The translations under genes were made by a program, and so were the position numbers. This document shows positions 49,766 to 63,175 of a stretch of 64,000 bases of DNA, piece after piece. Numbering within the stretch: the first letter of the stretch is position 1; every line of letters begins with the position of its first letter. The notes below the pieces were generated by a model. It made no database searches, had not been told where the DNA came from, and was given only the letters and a program-made list of their open reading frames with translations. This DNA comes from Octopus vulgaris. Lineage: Eukaryota. The DNA lies in NCBI GenBank assembly GCA_951406725.2, contig OX597814.1, forward strand, positions 218,364,001-218,428,000. The letters run 5' to 3'.

Positions 49766-50566
49766 CCGACAGAGTGTAAGTGCCTTGAGAGAAAAGTTGG
49801 ACCTAAGAAGCATCAGATGTCGTGTGCAAGAGAGGCGTCTACGCTGGTATGGACACGTAGTAAGAATGGATGAAGATAGTTGCGTGAAAAAGTGCCACAC
49901 CCTAGCAGTTGAGGGATCCTCTGGAAGAAGTAGACCCAGGAAAATCTGGGACGAGGTGGTGAAGAACGACCTTCACTCTTTAGGTCACACCGAGGAAATG
50001 ACCAGAGACCGAGACCTTTGGAAGTATGCTGTGCGCGAGAAGACCCGGCAGGACAAGTTAGGCCATAACCCATGGCCCCTACCTGGGACGTAGTCAGTCC
50101 ACCTGTGCATACCTTCCTTCTTGGGACACATAACTCTACTTGTGAAGACCTGTTAAGGCAAGTGAAAATCAAAAAATCAAAGAATCAAATCAAAATCGAT
50201 GAACATCAATGGAATTTGTAGTTTTGTGATACCAGTGCCGGTGGCACATAAGAAAACCATCCGAACGTAGCTGTAGCCAGTACCGCATCGACTGGCCTCC
50301 GTGCTGTGGGCACGTAACAAACACCATCCGATCGTGGCCATGCCAGCCTCGCCTGGCCTCCGTGCCGGTGGCACGTAAAAAACACTCACGGAGTAAAAAA
50401 CACTACTACACTCACGGAGTGGTTGGCATTAGGTAGGGCATCCAGCTGTAGAAACACTGCCAGATCTGACTGGCCTGGTGCAGCCTTCTGGCTTCCCAGA
50501 GCCCAGTTGAACCGTCCAACCCATGCTAGCATGGAAACCGGACGTTAAACGATGATGATGATGATG
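49766..50566 (+). mobile_element. 5'-truncated RTE LINE (ORF C-terminus, 3' UTR, (GAT)n tail)
   Basis: ERRLRWYGHVVRM...GRSRPRKIWDEVVKNDL. Confidence 0.9.
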
Positions 50567-51011
50567 TGTTATGTTCCTTTCCTCTTTGCCCCACCTACTT
50601 CATTGGCCTAGCCTTCGCCATTGCAACTGACTTGTATCTTGCTACCACTTTGGCCACTCTCCTCTCACATTTCACTTTATCCACTTTTACTATCTCAGCT
50701 GGCTTCCTCTCTTTTCTTCACATCTACCCATTGATGTCTTGGCCCCAATTCTTTAATTTTCTTATCTGCAGTTTTGCAAATCTTATTTTCTCTCTTTCTC
50801 AGGAGCAAAAATGACAAAATTAAACTTCTCTTCATGGCATAAAACATATTCCACTATTTGAATTATTTGTATTAGTTTTTGTTGTTATGAAACATCACAA
50901 CTGAGATGTTGGGTTTCAGTGCTATATATGCATATCCACAAGCCTAATTAAAGAAAAATAAGTGTTCCTTTCACTTTAGTTGCCGGTATGGACAAAGTAC
51001 TTGAGTAAAAT

Positions 51012-51589
51012 GGGCAACACTTCTGCCCATCACCCACCCCCTACCAAAAACCACCCTTTTAAAAAATAATTTTTTTTTTGACACATACCTACCTTTTCAG
51101 CTACGGGGAATATGAATCTGCAAAAAAATTGGTAAAAATCGACATTTCTAAATTACCACCCCATCTCCACCCACCCCCATTTCCTTAATTTTTTTACTTT
51201 TTTTCAGAATTTTTTTTTTCCAAAATATGCGGAAAAATATGGAGATCTTTGTAAAAAATATTTTTTAAGAATTTTTCTTTTTCTTCTAAATATGCGGAAA
51301 AATATGGACATCAAGATTCGGACAAAAATTTCAAAACATTTCTGTACTTACGGTTCCGGTTTTAGGGTTAGGGTTTTAGGGTTAGGGTTAATGTTGGGGA
51401 AAAAAGTCAAAATTAAAGAAGTTGGGGGGAAAGTTTACAATGCCGATTTTTGGCAAAAAAAAATTACAAAATAAACAAATTTGGGAGAAAATGGGGTGGG
51501 GACGGGCGGAAGTGTTTCCGTTTGTGTCAACAAAAAAATATTTTTTTTAAAAGGGTGGTTTTTGGTGGGGGACAGGTGGAAGTCTTGCC
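51012..51589. mobile_element. MITE with ~60-bp degenerate TIRs and internal TTAGGG
   Basis: GGCAACACTTC..CCAAAAACCACCCTTTTAAAAAA pairs with 51533-51589. Confidence 0.65.
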
Positions 51590-52080
51590 ACGCAAGTTTC
51601 CAGAAGCTAATCTGCCTGCATAATATAGAGTTAACATTAAAATTTTATTCGCACTAATGGCAAAACTAAACCTACAATAAGGGATTTGTAAACAACCACA
51701 TATGTAGTCCAAACAGCACTAACAGGGCAATGAGTCTACGATATAGTGTGTATGTCAAATGATACGGGGAGCGGGGTCCTAGGGGATTTTGCGTTGGGGG
51801 TTTTGTACACAGGTGGGCGATGGAGCATTTTTTGGCCGATAGGTGGGTGATATTGCAATTGGCGCGAAAAGTTTGGGAAATACTGGTATAGAGGTTCCTT
51901 TGTTGTTTGATTTGGTTTCAGTTTCATTCAACACATCTCTTTTACTTGTTTCAGTCATTTGACTGCGGCCATGCTGGAGCACCGCCTTTAGTCGAGCAAC
52001 TCGACATCTATTTACATGCCATTAACATGCTTCTTTCTTCGGTTAACCTCCAGTTTACTACATGTTGTTTTACACCTACT

Positions 52081-52469
52081 ACTCTTTTACTTGTTTCAGT
52101 CATTTGACTGCGGCCATGCTGGAGCACCGCCTTTTAATCGAGCAAATCGACCCCGGGACTTATTCTTTTGTAAGCCCAGTACTTATTCTATCGGTCTCTT
52201 TTTGCCGAACCGCTAAGTAACGAGGACATAAACACACCAGCATCGGTTGTCAAGCAATGCTAGGGGACAAACACAGACACACAAACACACGCATGCATAT
52301 ATATATGTACATATATATACGACGGGCTTCTTTCAGTTTCCATCTACCAAATCCACTCAGAAGGCTTTGGTCGGCCCGAGGCTATAGTAGAAAGACACTT
52401 GCCCAAGGTGCCACGCAGTGGGACTGAACCCAGAACCATGTGGTTGCTAAACAAGCCACTCCTGCGCCT
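52081..52469 (-). mobile_element. SINE A (plus a 3' fragment at 51938-52005)
   Basis: Match to family A. Confidence 0.9.
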
Positions 52470-52560
52470 ACTAATTTTTTTGCTTGGGTCAAAAAACTGG
52501 AGGTTAACCCTTTCTTCCTTTTGTTTAACTAAAACGATAAATTAATTTACATCTTTACAG

Positions 52561-52637
52561 AAGACGGTCAAGCAAATTCATTTTCAACACCTCTAAAACA
52601 GCAAGTCAATTTACAAAGAATTCGAGACCGAGCAGAG
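52561..52637 (+). CDS. SOAT1: Coding exon 2 of SOAT-like gene ((E)DGQANSFSTPLKQQVNLQRIRDRAE)
   Basis: Acceptor tttacatctttacag, donor GAG|gtacgt; 77 nt, phase 1 to phase 0, open frame ending in AE as I recall for vertebrate SOAT1 (...AEAE|ELK). Confidence 0.7.
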
Positions 52638-52677
52638 GTACGTATATTAAATAAATTACTTGCATTAGGTTTGTTAA

Positions 52678-52882
52678 CCCTTTAGCATTCAGATTACTCT
52701 GTCAAATGTAATGCTTTTAAATTAATCATACATTATTTTGTAACTTCTGTTGATTCTGTTGATGTGATTTTAATTTTTAGAATGACCTTGTAGGGTAGGT
52801 GTGAGAGGCCAGATCTAGCCAGTTTGAACATAAAATGGGAAGAATATTTTGGCTGGATTTTTCTGGTTTAAATACTAAAGGG
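52678..52882. mobile_element. piggyBac-like MITE
   Basis: TTAA|CCCTTTAG...CTAAAGGG|CTAA. Confidence 0.65.
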
Positions 52883-53485
52883 CTAATTGAATTATTTTGC
52901 ACATTTGAATTATTTGCTGAGATAGGCACAGTCATCTTATTAAAATGTTTATTTCACAGTCCAGTGATTATCGTGAGCTGTTTCAGCAGCTTTTCGGCCT
53001 AGCATGAACTGGAAAAAGAAAATTGTGTGAATTTGCTTTTTGTCTATGTTGTATTCAACATTCCGGAAAAAATGGCCTAACTATTCAAAAAGAAAAAGAG
53101 TAACATGATTAGATAGAGCAAAAAAAGGGCTTTAAAATGATATATAAAGTCAAAGTAATTTCATGAAAAATAATTTGAAAATACATAATTTAAAACAAAA
53201 ATTAAAAATTCCGCAAGAACTTTCTTGACGACCTAATAATATTCTTGCTAATAATAATATTCGTGATTATTAAGCTGCTGGTTATTTATTTAGAATGGAA
53301 ATTATTGAATTGTAAAGACTTTGAATCAGTTAGTCTTTGATATGTGATCTTATGTTGTCTGGAGAAACAAAGCAGTGATTACTTAATTTTACAGTTTTAA
53401 ATGTATTATAAAATTGTGATAAAGACTTATATTGAATTACACTCTAGTCACTGTTGCTTATTTTAAACGCAAAGTTTTATATTGA

Positions 53486-53722
53486 CAAAGCACCATCCGT
53501 TCGTGGCCGTTTGCCAGCTCTGTCTGGCACCTGTGCGGGTGGCACGTAAAAAGCACCCACTACACTCACGGAGTGGTTGGCGTTAGGAAGGGCATCCAGC
53601 CATAGAAACACTGCCAGATCTGACTGGGCCTGAAGCAGCCTTCTGGCTTCCCAGACCCCAGTTGAACCGTCCAACCCATGCTAGCATGGAAAACAGACGC
53701 TAAACGATGATGATGATGATGA
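53486..53722 (+). mobile_element. RTE 3' UTR fragment
   Basis: Matches 50320-50566; (GAT)n tail. Confidence 0.88.
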
Positions 53723-55010
53723 TTAACAAAAAACACAACTTCCTATAATGCAAATTCTGGGTTCACTTGAAACATGTCTTAGAAAAGTTAAGACATCATT
53801 AGATTCAAGCGACTTTATATAATGCAACAAATGTAGAATATGACAAACGTAATATGTTTATTGTTTAGTTTTTGACATACTGGCATTGGAACAAAATCTG
53901 TAACCAAATGCTCCAAATATGTGTTACTGACCTTTGACAAAAAATAATTGCATAACTTAGTGTTGAAGTATCTATATATATATTTTTTCTTACTGTTGAC
54001 AATGAACTGCGCACATGTCTATCTAGCTTCATTAACTGACTTTACTTTAGATGAATGCCTCATACATTTCCTATCAGTGCATATGCTTCTCAGCATTCCC
54101 TACACTAATATTAACCCTGTTTAGTTCTGTTGTAGATCAGCATGGTGAGTGTGTGTGCATCTACAGAAGACTATGCACTAAATACATCGTTACTGGCAAT
54201 GCAATGTGACTGAAATCAATTTCTCTTCAGTCAATTAAATAAAAGAAATGTATATTGAGTTATTTACTAGCCAGCTACTAAGTTTTAAATATGTTAACAT
54301 TATGGACCTAACACTATATTTTGAAGGCATTCACTAGCTGTGAAGTTTGAAACTTATGCTAATTATGTAAACCTAAAGAAATATGTTCTGAGTCCTTTAC
54401 TTATTGTGAAGCTTGAAAAATATATTAATATTATGGTCCTTGTGTTCTGTAATTTTTTTATTTCTGCTTCCCTTAAATTTTTATGTTATAGTGACTTTCA
54501 GTAGTTGCTACCATTTACAACGGGAAAATACACCTTATACACATCTTGGGACAGCACTCACCCACTATTAACCTATATCCTCTTTCTGTCTATAACACAG
54601 TAGCTACTTCTCTTCTGAGCTCAGAACTCAATTCTATCTCGCCTAAATCTACTTTAATCTCTTACCAACATCTTATGTCTTATTCTCTGAACTTTGTAGT
54701 ATACTCCTTTTCACATCTTCTCCAGAACTGCATCTACCTAGCACTCTTTCTTAACCCATGTCTATTAGCAATTCAAATTATCTATATTTTTTAGTCTAGT
54801 GAAGCCTAAAATGGCTATGATGATTGTTTTTCCTCCTTTTCATACAAGTAAATAAAATAAAATCTAAATGGTCAAATCTTATTGCACTAATTGATTAATG
54901 AAAAATGTTAAAATTTAGTGTGGACTGTACAACTATAAACTTTGTTGTATGGTTATGTGGAAATGTCTAAAATCTAACACCAAATCTAACACCAAAATGT
55001 ATTCCTACAG

Positions 55011-55135
55011 AAATTACAAGCAGATTTGATAGAACAAATGAGCCGAGAACTTGAATGTTTATTTGAAGAATTTGTATCAGAAGTAGAACAAATTGAACAG
55101 AATCCACAGTCTCTTTTTGAAATTAAACCCAACAG
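55011..55135 (+). CDS. SOAT1: Coding exon 3 of SOAT-like gene (KLQADLIEQMSRELECLFEEFVSEVEQIEQNPQSLFEIKPN)
   Basis: Acceptor attcctacag, donor CAG|gtaagc; 125 nt, phase 0 to phase 2; acidic amphipathic helix resembling SOAT1 [23 protein letters not shown] (recalled from memory, not aligned). Confidence 0.72.
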
Positions 55136-58100
55136 GTAAGCTCTATATATTTTCATTTCTTTGTGGTTTTCTAAAATCTTAATTGAGAGTTTTGTATTAA
55201 ATGCTTTTTTTTTGCTTATATTTTTTAATAACAGTTTTAATTTATATTTAGCTTATACCACAGTCATTTTCTATTTCTCAGTTTTCAACTAGGGACCATA
55301 ACAAAGTGAATTGTATAACAGGGATTCTGGTTAGGTGATTCTTATTATATATATTTACTCTCATACAAGGTTACAAAAACGAAAAAGCCCTAAAATAATC
55401 CTGATCTAATATAATTGATCCAATTAATTTAAGAATAAACAGTAACTTGAGTGAAACTATTTACTTAATTTTTTACATCAGAAATCTCAAATATTTTGCT
55501 GGAAAAGCCATATAGAAATATAATGTTGAGGCTAAATCATTTTTTTTATATATTAACCCTAGGATGTAAGCTTGAAGGGTGCCAGCTGTGTAAACTTTAA
55601 GAAACACGATACTTTAAACTTCTTTGCTTTATTTCTTTCTGTTGCAAATGCTTTCTTGTACTGCTTTATGATATGCTTCTTCATTTTAATTTTAAATTTT
55701 TTTTTGATTTATTTAGCTTTTCAGTTTTTTGTTATTTACTTTTTTTTAAATTTGCTGCTGAATATTATTTTTATTACAATGCAGTTGGAACAAAAATTGG
55801 AATAGAAAAGAAAATAAGAAATTGCAAGTTTATTTACTTATATTTTGTGTGTGTGTATGTGTGTATTTTATATATATATATATGTATATATATGTATATA
55901 TATATATATATATATAGCACAATTCTTGCACATATATTTAATATTCTACTTAAATTGTGGCCTGGCACTTCTGTTAGAAATAAATATTTAATGTTAAGAC
56001 TCGGTGTATTTTAAAAGTTTCCAATTGGCTATTCACACCTTTCTGCTTTTGTGTACACTGCAGATTTATTTGTTTATTCTATTTTTTTTTCTTTTGTAAA
56101 ATGCGATTTCGATTTTTTATTATTTATTTTAATTTTTTACCTTTTAGTTAGTATGAGGTGGAAGAACAGTCTCCACAGCCTTTGTGGGCTTTTATGGTGG
56201 TGAGATGGGTGTGCTGTATTTTCGTCTTAAACTTCTGTAGGAAAGCATGTGCAAAAGTATGTATGTCAGGAGAAGATTCATTCCGGGATTTTCCAGCTTT
56301 CAGAAGAAAAGAATGATTGGCAAAGTGTTTAGTATACAGTGGCAGGGATAGGTAGGCGAGTAGTGATGGTCAGAAGAGGAGAGATGGATGCCTCAGGTTA
56401 TCTCGGGCAGATTTGGCTTGTTCATAGGAGCAGAGGCCATTGTTGAATGATAGAAGTAACACTATCTTAGCGTCAGTAATTATAGGGAATGACCCTTCAC
56501 CCTCAGCAAATATCCTTCTTATTTTAGATTGTTTGTGACATGAAGCAGCAGAACTCAAATGGGAATCATACATAAACTTTGTAGAGGCTCAGCAACTGAT
56601 CAGGTTTCAAGTAATTTCTGGTCAGGAGCAGGAAATCTGTTTGGGATATTTTTAGTAAAAGTAAATAAATGTCAGTTTATCATGATATTGTGTTTTTTTA
56701 ATCTTTTTAGGACACCTTATTTCTTGTATAATGTTTGGCTCAAGCTAGTTTCCTTTTTTTTTTTGTATAGTAATTTTATTTTGGTTGTATTAATAGAGAC
56801 TATATTGGATATCCATTGAAAAATTTTTTTTTCCCTGAGGTCTTTGTTCAAGATAGCAATATAGGTCTTAGATATTGTCTTGGTTCCATTTAAATAATCT
56901 CTTTATCTTACACACACATACACATCATCATCATCATCATCATCATCAAAGCGGACGCTAAATGATGATGATGATGTGTATGTGTGTGTAAGATAAAGAG
57001 AGAAGGCATTAATATATAGAAAGAAAATTGTGGGAGACACTACTGACCCTTAGAGTGCACTAGAGTTCTGTCAGTGCATACTGCAATGGAGAAGAATGGT
57101 CAAAAACTTCTAATCCATGAAACAAGAAATGAAATAACCCATGGATCCTTACCAGACATAAACAAAAGCTCTACTTGTGTCTAGAGCAACAACCTTACTT
57201 TCACTGAAGTTATTAAGTGAAAGACTTCTAGTACCAAATAAATGTCTGGTAGCTGTGACTCTACAGGAAATGTTTCAGTAATCACTTAGGTTTGAGAGAG
57301 ACCTAGGGTGATGAAGGAGCTTGTTGCTTACAATCAGCACCATTATTTTTGAAATACTGGAAATGAAAGCAATAGGTCGGTGGTTGGCTGTTAAAGTTTT
57401 CGCCCTCCATGACAAATAGACATAGTGGGATTGATTCAGTCTGTACCTGTGAAAAATTGGCTTTCTACTTAACTGAATGCTAAAGATACATGTTGTGGAA
57501 ATATATAAATTTTCAAAGCTTTTCACATTAGCTTGTAAAAACAAATGTTTGTGTGTGGTGTAAGTTAATTGAAGAAAACACTTAAGATTTTAGAGCTCAA
57601 GATTATCTTTTAGGTTAATAGAATACTGAAGTGGTGTGGATGTATAATGGGAAAGAATAATAGTAATAGAGTGAATAAATATTGTACAACTACTAAAACA
57701 GACAAAAACTTGGCATTATAGAATTAAGACAAGACAAAATCCAGATAGTCATTGATGGTCTGCACCAGTGGATACAATTCAGATAATTAAATTCGAATTT
57801 ATAAAAAAACAACAACAAAAGCTGCAAACTGAAAGTGTACAAAGTTGGTGTACTACACCAAGAAGAAAAGAGGTTTCAAACAAGAACGCCTTTTGTAAGC
57901 AAGGGACGAAAAAGTATTAAAGATTTTCAGAAGTAAAGTTTTACATGTAGTATTGAAGATGCAGGGGAAGCAGTGACAGAAGAGAGGTGGGTTGAAGTAT
58001 GAGGTTTCTGAGAGAGAAGAGTGTATTGAATGGTGAGTGAATGAAGTAGAATGCTGTAAGAAATGTGAATGGCTGTGTTTATGTTTGAGTGAGTGGGTAG

Positions 58101-58406
58101 CAGGAATTGTTAGTATTTGTTTGAGAATGTGTTGGTGGAAGAAACATTGGAGTGATGAAGTGAAATGAGATAAATTTGTGTGGATATAGTAAGCATATTT
58201 GTGTGAATAGTTTGGTGAAAGATTCAGATGGGGTGAATGCCTATGTTGATAGAGATGGATGGCAGGGTGAGAGGAAAGCTAATCAGCTATTGATTCCAGT
58301 TGGAATAGCCATCTCCAACAGGGAGAAACAATCTTTACTCTGTGATATTGGAAAGGCCAGCAAGTAGCAGTATTATAATGGGAATGCACTGGAGAGTTAA
58401 AGTACC

Positions 58407-58644
58407 TATTTCTTTATTACCCACAAGGGGCTAAACATAGACGGGACAAACAAGGACAGACATAGGTATTAAGTCGATTCCATCGACCCCAGTGCGTAAC
58501 TGGTACTTAATTTATCGACCCCGAAAGGATGAAAGGCAAAGTCGACCTCGGCGGAATTTGAACTCACAGCGTAACAACAGACGAAATACGGCTATGCATT
58601 TCGCCCGGCGTGCTAACGTTTCTGCCAGCTCGCCGCCTTCTAAA
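58407..58644 (-). mobile_element. Full SINE C variant
   Basis: 15-bp TSD GAGAGTTAAAGTACC; contains the CTTTCATCCTTTCGGGGTCGATAAA.TAAGTACCAG core. Confidence 0.9.
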
Positions 58645-58906
58645 GAGAGTTAAAGTACCAAACAGTGGTTGTTGAGATCTGCCACTCTTGTTGCATATCT
58701 AGTAGATACTTTCTGAATTAAGCGGTTATCCTTTGATTGGCTTCATATATATAGGAAAATTTTAATGTTGGCATTTAATGAAATAAGTTGCATTCTTGGA
58801 AGTGCAAAGAGACTGATCAGTGATTAGGAAAATGAAGCTGGGACTGTGCAGAAAGATAATGTTGTAAATGAAGGGAACGCTTGTTACAAAATGAGAGTAA
58901 CCAAGT

Positions 58907-59303
58907 AGGCATAGGAGAGGCTGTGTGGTAAGTAGCTTGTTTACCAACCACATGGTTCTGGGTTCAGTCCCACTGCATGGCACCTTGGGCAAGTGTCTTC
59001 TACTATAGCCTCGGGCCGACCAAAGCCTTGTGAGTGGATTTGGTAGACGGAAACTGAAAGAAGCCCATCGTATATATGTGTGCGTATATGTTTGTGTGTC
59101 TGTGTTTGTCCCCACAACATCACTTGACAACCGATGCTGGTGAGTTTACGTCACCGTAACTTAGCAGTTCGGCAAAAGAGGCTGATAGAATAAGTACTAG
59201 GCTTACAAAAGAATAAGTCCTGGGGTCGATTTGCTCGACTAAAGGCGGTGCTCCAGCATGGCTGCAGTCAAATGACTGAAACAAGTAAAAGAGTAAAGAG
59301 TAA
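58907..59303 (+). mobile_element. SINE A
   Basis: Full-length match. Confidence 0.9.
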
Positions 59304-59989
59304 GGTGATGCAGGCTGGATGTGGTAAGGCGTTGGGGCTATGGACCTTAAAGGCTGTGCTAGTTGTGAACATGTGTCAAGCAGTAGAAAGGGTTTTCTGG
59401 AAAGATGTGGAAATTGCAGGATCATATTGGAGGAAATGGAAATTATAGAGGTAAAATTTGCAGGAGTGATAGTTGAGAGGCTGGAAGAAGAGAATGTGGT
59501 TTGTGGGATGGATGATGGGTATGAGTAGTGGGGTAGAAGTATGTTGCTGGTTGTTATTGCTTTTGATGGAGAAAATAGAGTAATAATGCACCCTAATTTG
59601 TTAGTTAGCTACCTTGAAGTCCAGATTTTCTCTTGTTTCACCATTTCCCACTCCTCAGCTGTATGGTCATTAGTTGCTGCCGATATCAGTTGTATTTCTC
59701 TGGGATGACGAAGGTGACATATAGAGAGATCTGGGTTTTATGGTAACCAGCAAGTAGTTTAGCATAATATTCCACTATTTTCTCCATCATCATCATCATC
59801 CTGACATAGTCCTGTGTCATAATTTGTCTGACTCTATTTGTATTCCCCTTTCCCATACTTGCCCCAACATCAATTAATCTCTGGAACATAATTATCTATC
59901 CACAATAATTTCCATTTCTTCACATCTGACTCTACCATGTTCTACAAATATCCAGAGTAGCTTTTATCCTTTAAATAGTCCAGATTCCC

Positions 59990-60870
59990 TTCATTCCTCA
60001 TAATATCATACCCAGATGGTCTGCTTGTTAACGCTCCTACTGTCAAACCTGTCTTTTCTTCTAGAAGAAACCCAGGTCATGTCACTTGCAGCTCCAACGT
60101 TTTGATCCCCTACATATAGATGAATCTGGTCAAAGAAGCATCTGCTGAATGTGCAATTTCAAGAGATCTCAAAAGAAACATTTGCAAGCCTTATCAACTC
60201 CACTGACCTTCCCAGTCTTGATTCTCTTGCTTACTGTCTTTTCCAACATCAGGGAATAACAATTCATTTTCCAACTCCTCAGGGAATAACAATTCATTTT
60301 CCAGTTGAAGATGACTGCACCTGCTGGAATGAAAGGATTGGTTATCATTTAACTCCCTCCTTTACGCATATTTGCATCATCCGACTCTTTTTATCTACTA
60401 CTCCTACATAGATACCCCTATGTTCACACTGTCACCCACCCACTTTGTCTTTCTACCCACTTCTCAACATACATACTGCCACTCACATTGCTTGTCACCT
60501 CAATCGTTCCCATTCTTTTCTTGTGCTGGACCAACAATCACTCACCACCCACTAAATTCTCCTCTGCCAGGAACCACAGACTCCTGCTCACATCCTTTCT
60601 GTCATTGTCAACCATTATTTCTGTTATTTTTCAATATCACTGGTAAAAGTTTTCTATATTTTTTTTTTTTGATATTTTCTCTTTTTTGATATCTTGACCA
60701 AAACTTACTTATTTGAAATGTTGATCCCTCTCTTTTCTTCTTAGCATACTTTCTATTCTTTTGTCTCATTGTTTTTGTTGTTTTTCATCACAAATTTACC
60801 TAAAACGAGGTCACTAGAACTATCTTGTGACTGATAAAGATGAACTAAACAGGGTTAAGTATTATGTAAA
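59990..60870 (+). mobile_element. Possible Penelope-like remnant
   Basis: TCSSNV..YIDESG resembles a GIY-YIG endonuclease; pyrimidine-rich UTR-like tail. Confidence 0.35.
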
Positions 60871-61276
60871 TACAAAGCAATTCTAGTTGAACCCATTGCC
60901 AAGACGAAAATATAACATATGATTGATAAGTTGTTAATGTCATGGTAACTACACTAGAAATATACTTCAAAGCTAACCTAAAGAAATATCAAGTTGCATA
61001 GTTTAAAATAGAAGTCAGTTCCCATGGTGCTAAGTCCATGTCTTTGCAAATTGCTGAAACATTAACAAAAGCATCAAGACTCACAATGCTTTCTGATATC
61101 TTTTTGAGTTCAAATTATCTCAATAAGATCTTTTTGATATTTCAATTTCAGCACTGATAAAATAATACTAACACTATTAGGTCAGTTGTCTGCATTGAAC
61201 ATCACTCCTTAAAAAAATGCTCTAAGAAATACATTATTATATTTAGGGGTACAGTTAAATTGTGATTATAATTATT

Positions 61277-61408
61277 CCAGCTGTAGAAACACTGCCAGAT
61301 CTGACTGGCCTGGTGCAGCCTTCGGGCTCCCCAGACCCCAGTTGAACCGTCCAACCCATGCTAGCATGGAAAACGGACGCTAAATGATGATGATGATGAT
61401 GATGATGA
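61277..61408 (+). mobile_element. RTE 3' end fragment
   Basis: Matches 50440-50566. Confidence 0.88.
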
Positions 61409-62281
61409 AACAGTTAATAGAAATTATTTATTGACTGATTTTCTTTATAATCCAAAGGAGGAAACTTCTTGAAAAGCTGATGGAAACCGAATAATTTTGC
61501 TTTCCCTCCTAATATGCAATATGCAGCTTTTCATCAGTTATGATGAAGCAGTGATGCACTGGACTGGTCTCCCCTGCATAAGCATGGGTATAATATTCTA
61601 TATGGAAACTCTGGACTGCCCACATGCCTTGGCCTTACTATTGTCATCCAGAAGATGGCATGTAGGACATGTAGAAGTATATTATCTACAGTGGCTACCA
61701 GGAGGAAGTTAAATTGCCAGTCCAAGAGATTCCATTCAAGAGTTTTCATTGTGGCATAAACCGTTGCTGTTTCCAAAGCACCCATAAAGTACTGACCTTA
61801 TTCATCCATAGCAATGTGTTAGAAGACTTAAAGCTATATTGTTAGTAGTTCTTCCATGACACAAACCTACTAGAATGTCTGTATTCTCACTGAAAGCCGT
61901 TAAAAGATCATTGGTTTTACATGGTTACTGTTGATTTTAACAGTACAGTATTCCATTCTATGGTACCAACTTAAACTGAATTACTGAGAACTGTGTTGCA
62001 TAAGGAGACACTTTAGAAGAATATAAGCTGCTGCCTTTATTCACATATAAACATGCTTCTATGTGTGTTAATTTGTATAACCATATGTTATATTATATAG
62101 TATATTATATTGTTATACAAAGTAATTAGGGAGCTTTTCATGTGGTTTAATCTGTTAAAAATAGCTGCTAATTTCCTCCCTCAAATCACACCCTAGTGTC
62201 TTCAGAAAAGGAAGAGCATATTGGTTAATATAATTCCTGTATAGCCACAGCTGGAATGCTTTTGATCGTAGGTCTGTTAGA

Positions 62282-62610
62282 TCAGGAGCACAACCTTTAG
62301 TCGAATAAATTGACCCCGGGACTTATTCTTTGTAAGCCTAGTACTTATTCTATCGGAACCTTTTTGCTGAACCGCCAAGTTACAGGGATGCAAACACACC
62401 AACATTGGTACATTGGTTGTCAAGCAATGTTGGTAGGACAGACACAAACAACAAACACACATACTTTCCTTCTACCAAATCCACTCACAATGCTTTGGCC
62501 AGCCTGAGACTATAGTAGAAGACACTTGGCCAAGGTGCCACACAGTGGGACTGAGCCTGGAACCATGTGGTTTGGGAAGCAAGCTTCTTACCACACAGCC
62601 ACTCCTGGGC
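62282..62610 (-). mobile_element. Old SINE A
   Basis: Diverged match with CpG decay. Confidence 0.8.
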
Positions 62611-62637
62611 CTTATATACACACATATATTTATATAT

Positions 62638-63120
62638 ATCATCATCATCATCATCCTCATCGTTTAGCGTCCGCTTTCCATGCTAGCATGGGTTGGACGG
62701 TTCAACTGGGGTCTGTGAAGCCGGAAGGCTTCATCAGGCCTAGTCAGATCTGGCAGTGTTTCTACGGCTGGATGCCCTTCCTAACGCCAACCACTCCGTG
62801 AGTGTAGTGGGTGCTTTTTACGTGCCACTCGCACAGGTGCCAGACAGAACTGGCAAACGGCCACGAACGGATGGTGCTTTTTATGTGCCACCAGCACGGG
62901 GGCCAGGCGAGGCTGGCAACGGATGGTGCTTTTTATGTGCCACTGGCACGAGGCCAGTCAGGGCGGCGCTGGCAACGGTCATGAACGGATGGTTCTCTTA
63001 CATGCCACCGGCACTGGTAACACATCTGCAATTTCCATTGATCGATTTCGATTCTGATCCTCACTTGCCTCAACAGGTCTTCACAAGTAGAGTTTTGTGT
63101 CCCAAGAAGGGAAGGTATGC
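62638..63120 (-). mobile_element. RTE 3' UTR fragment
   Basis: Reverse complement of 50105-50566; (CAT)n on +. Confidence 0.88.
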
Positions 63121-63122
63121 AT

Positions 63123-63175
<53 letters not shown>

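Larger units (their letters stand above)
56147..59960 (-). mobile_element. Very decayed L2/CR1-like LINE interrupted by SINEs
   Basis: ANHRPIAFISSISKIM resembles the NYRPIS motif; strand-biased composition; boundaries approximate. Confidence 0.55.
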
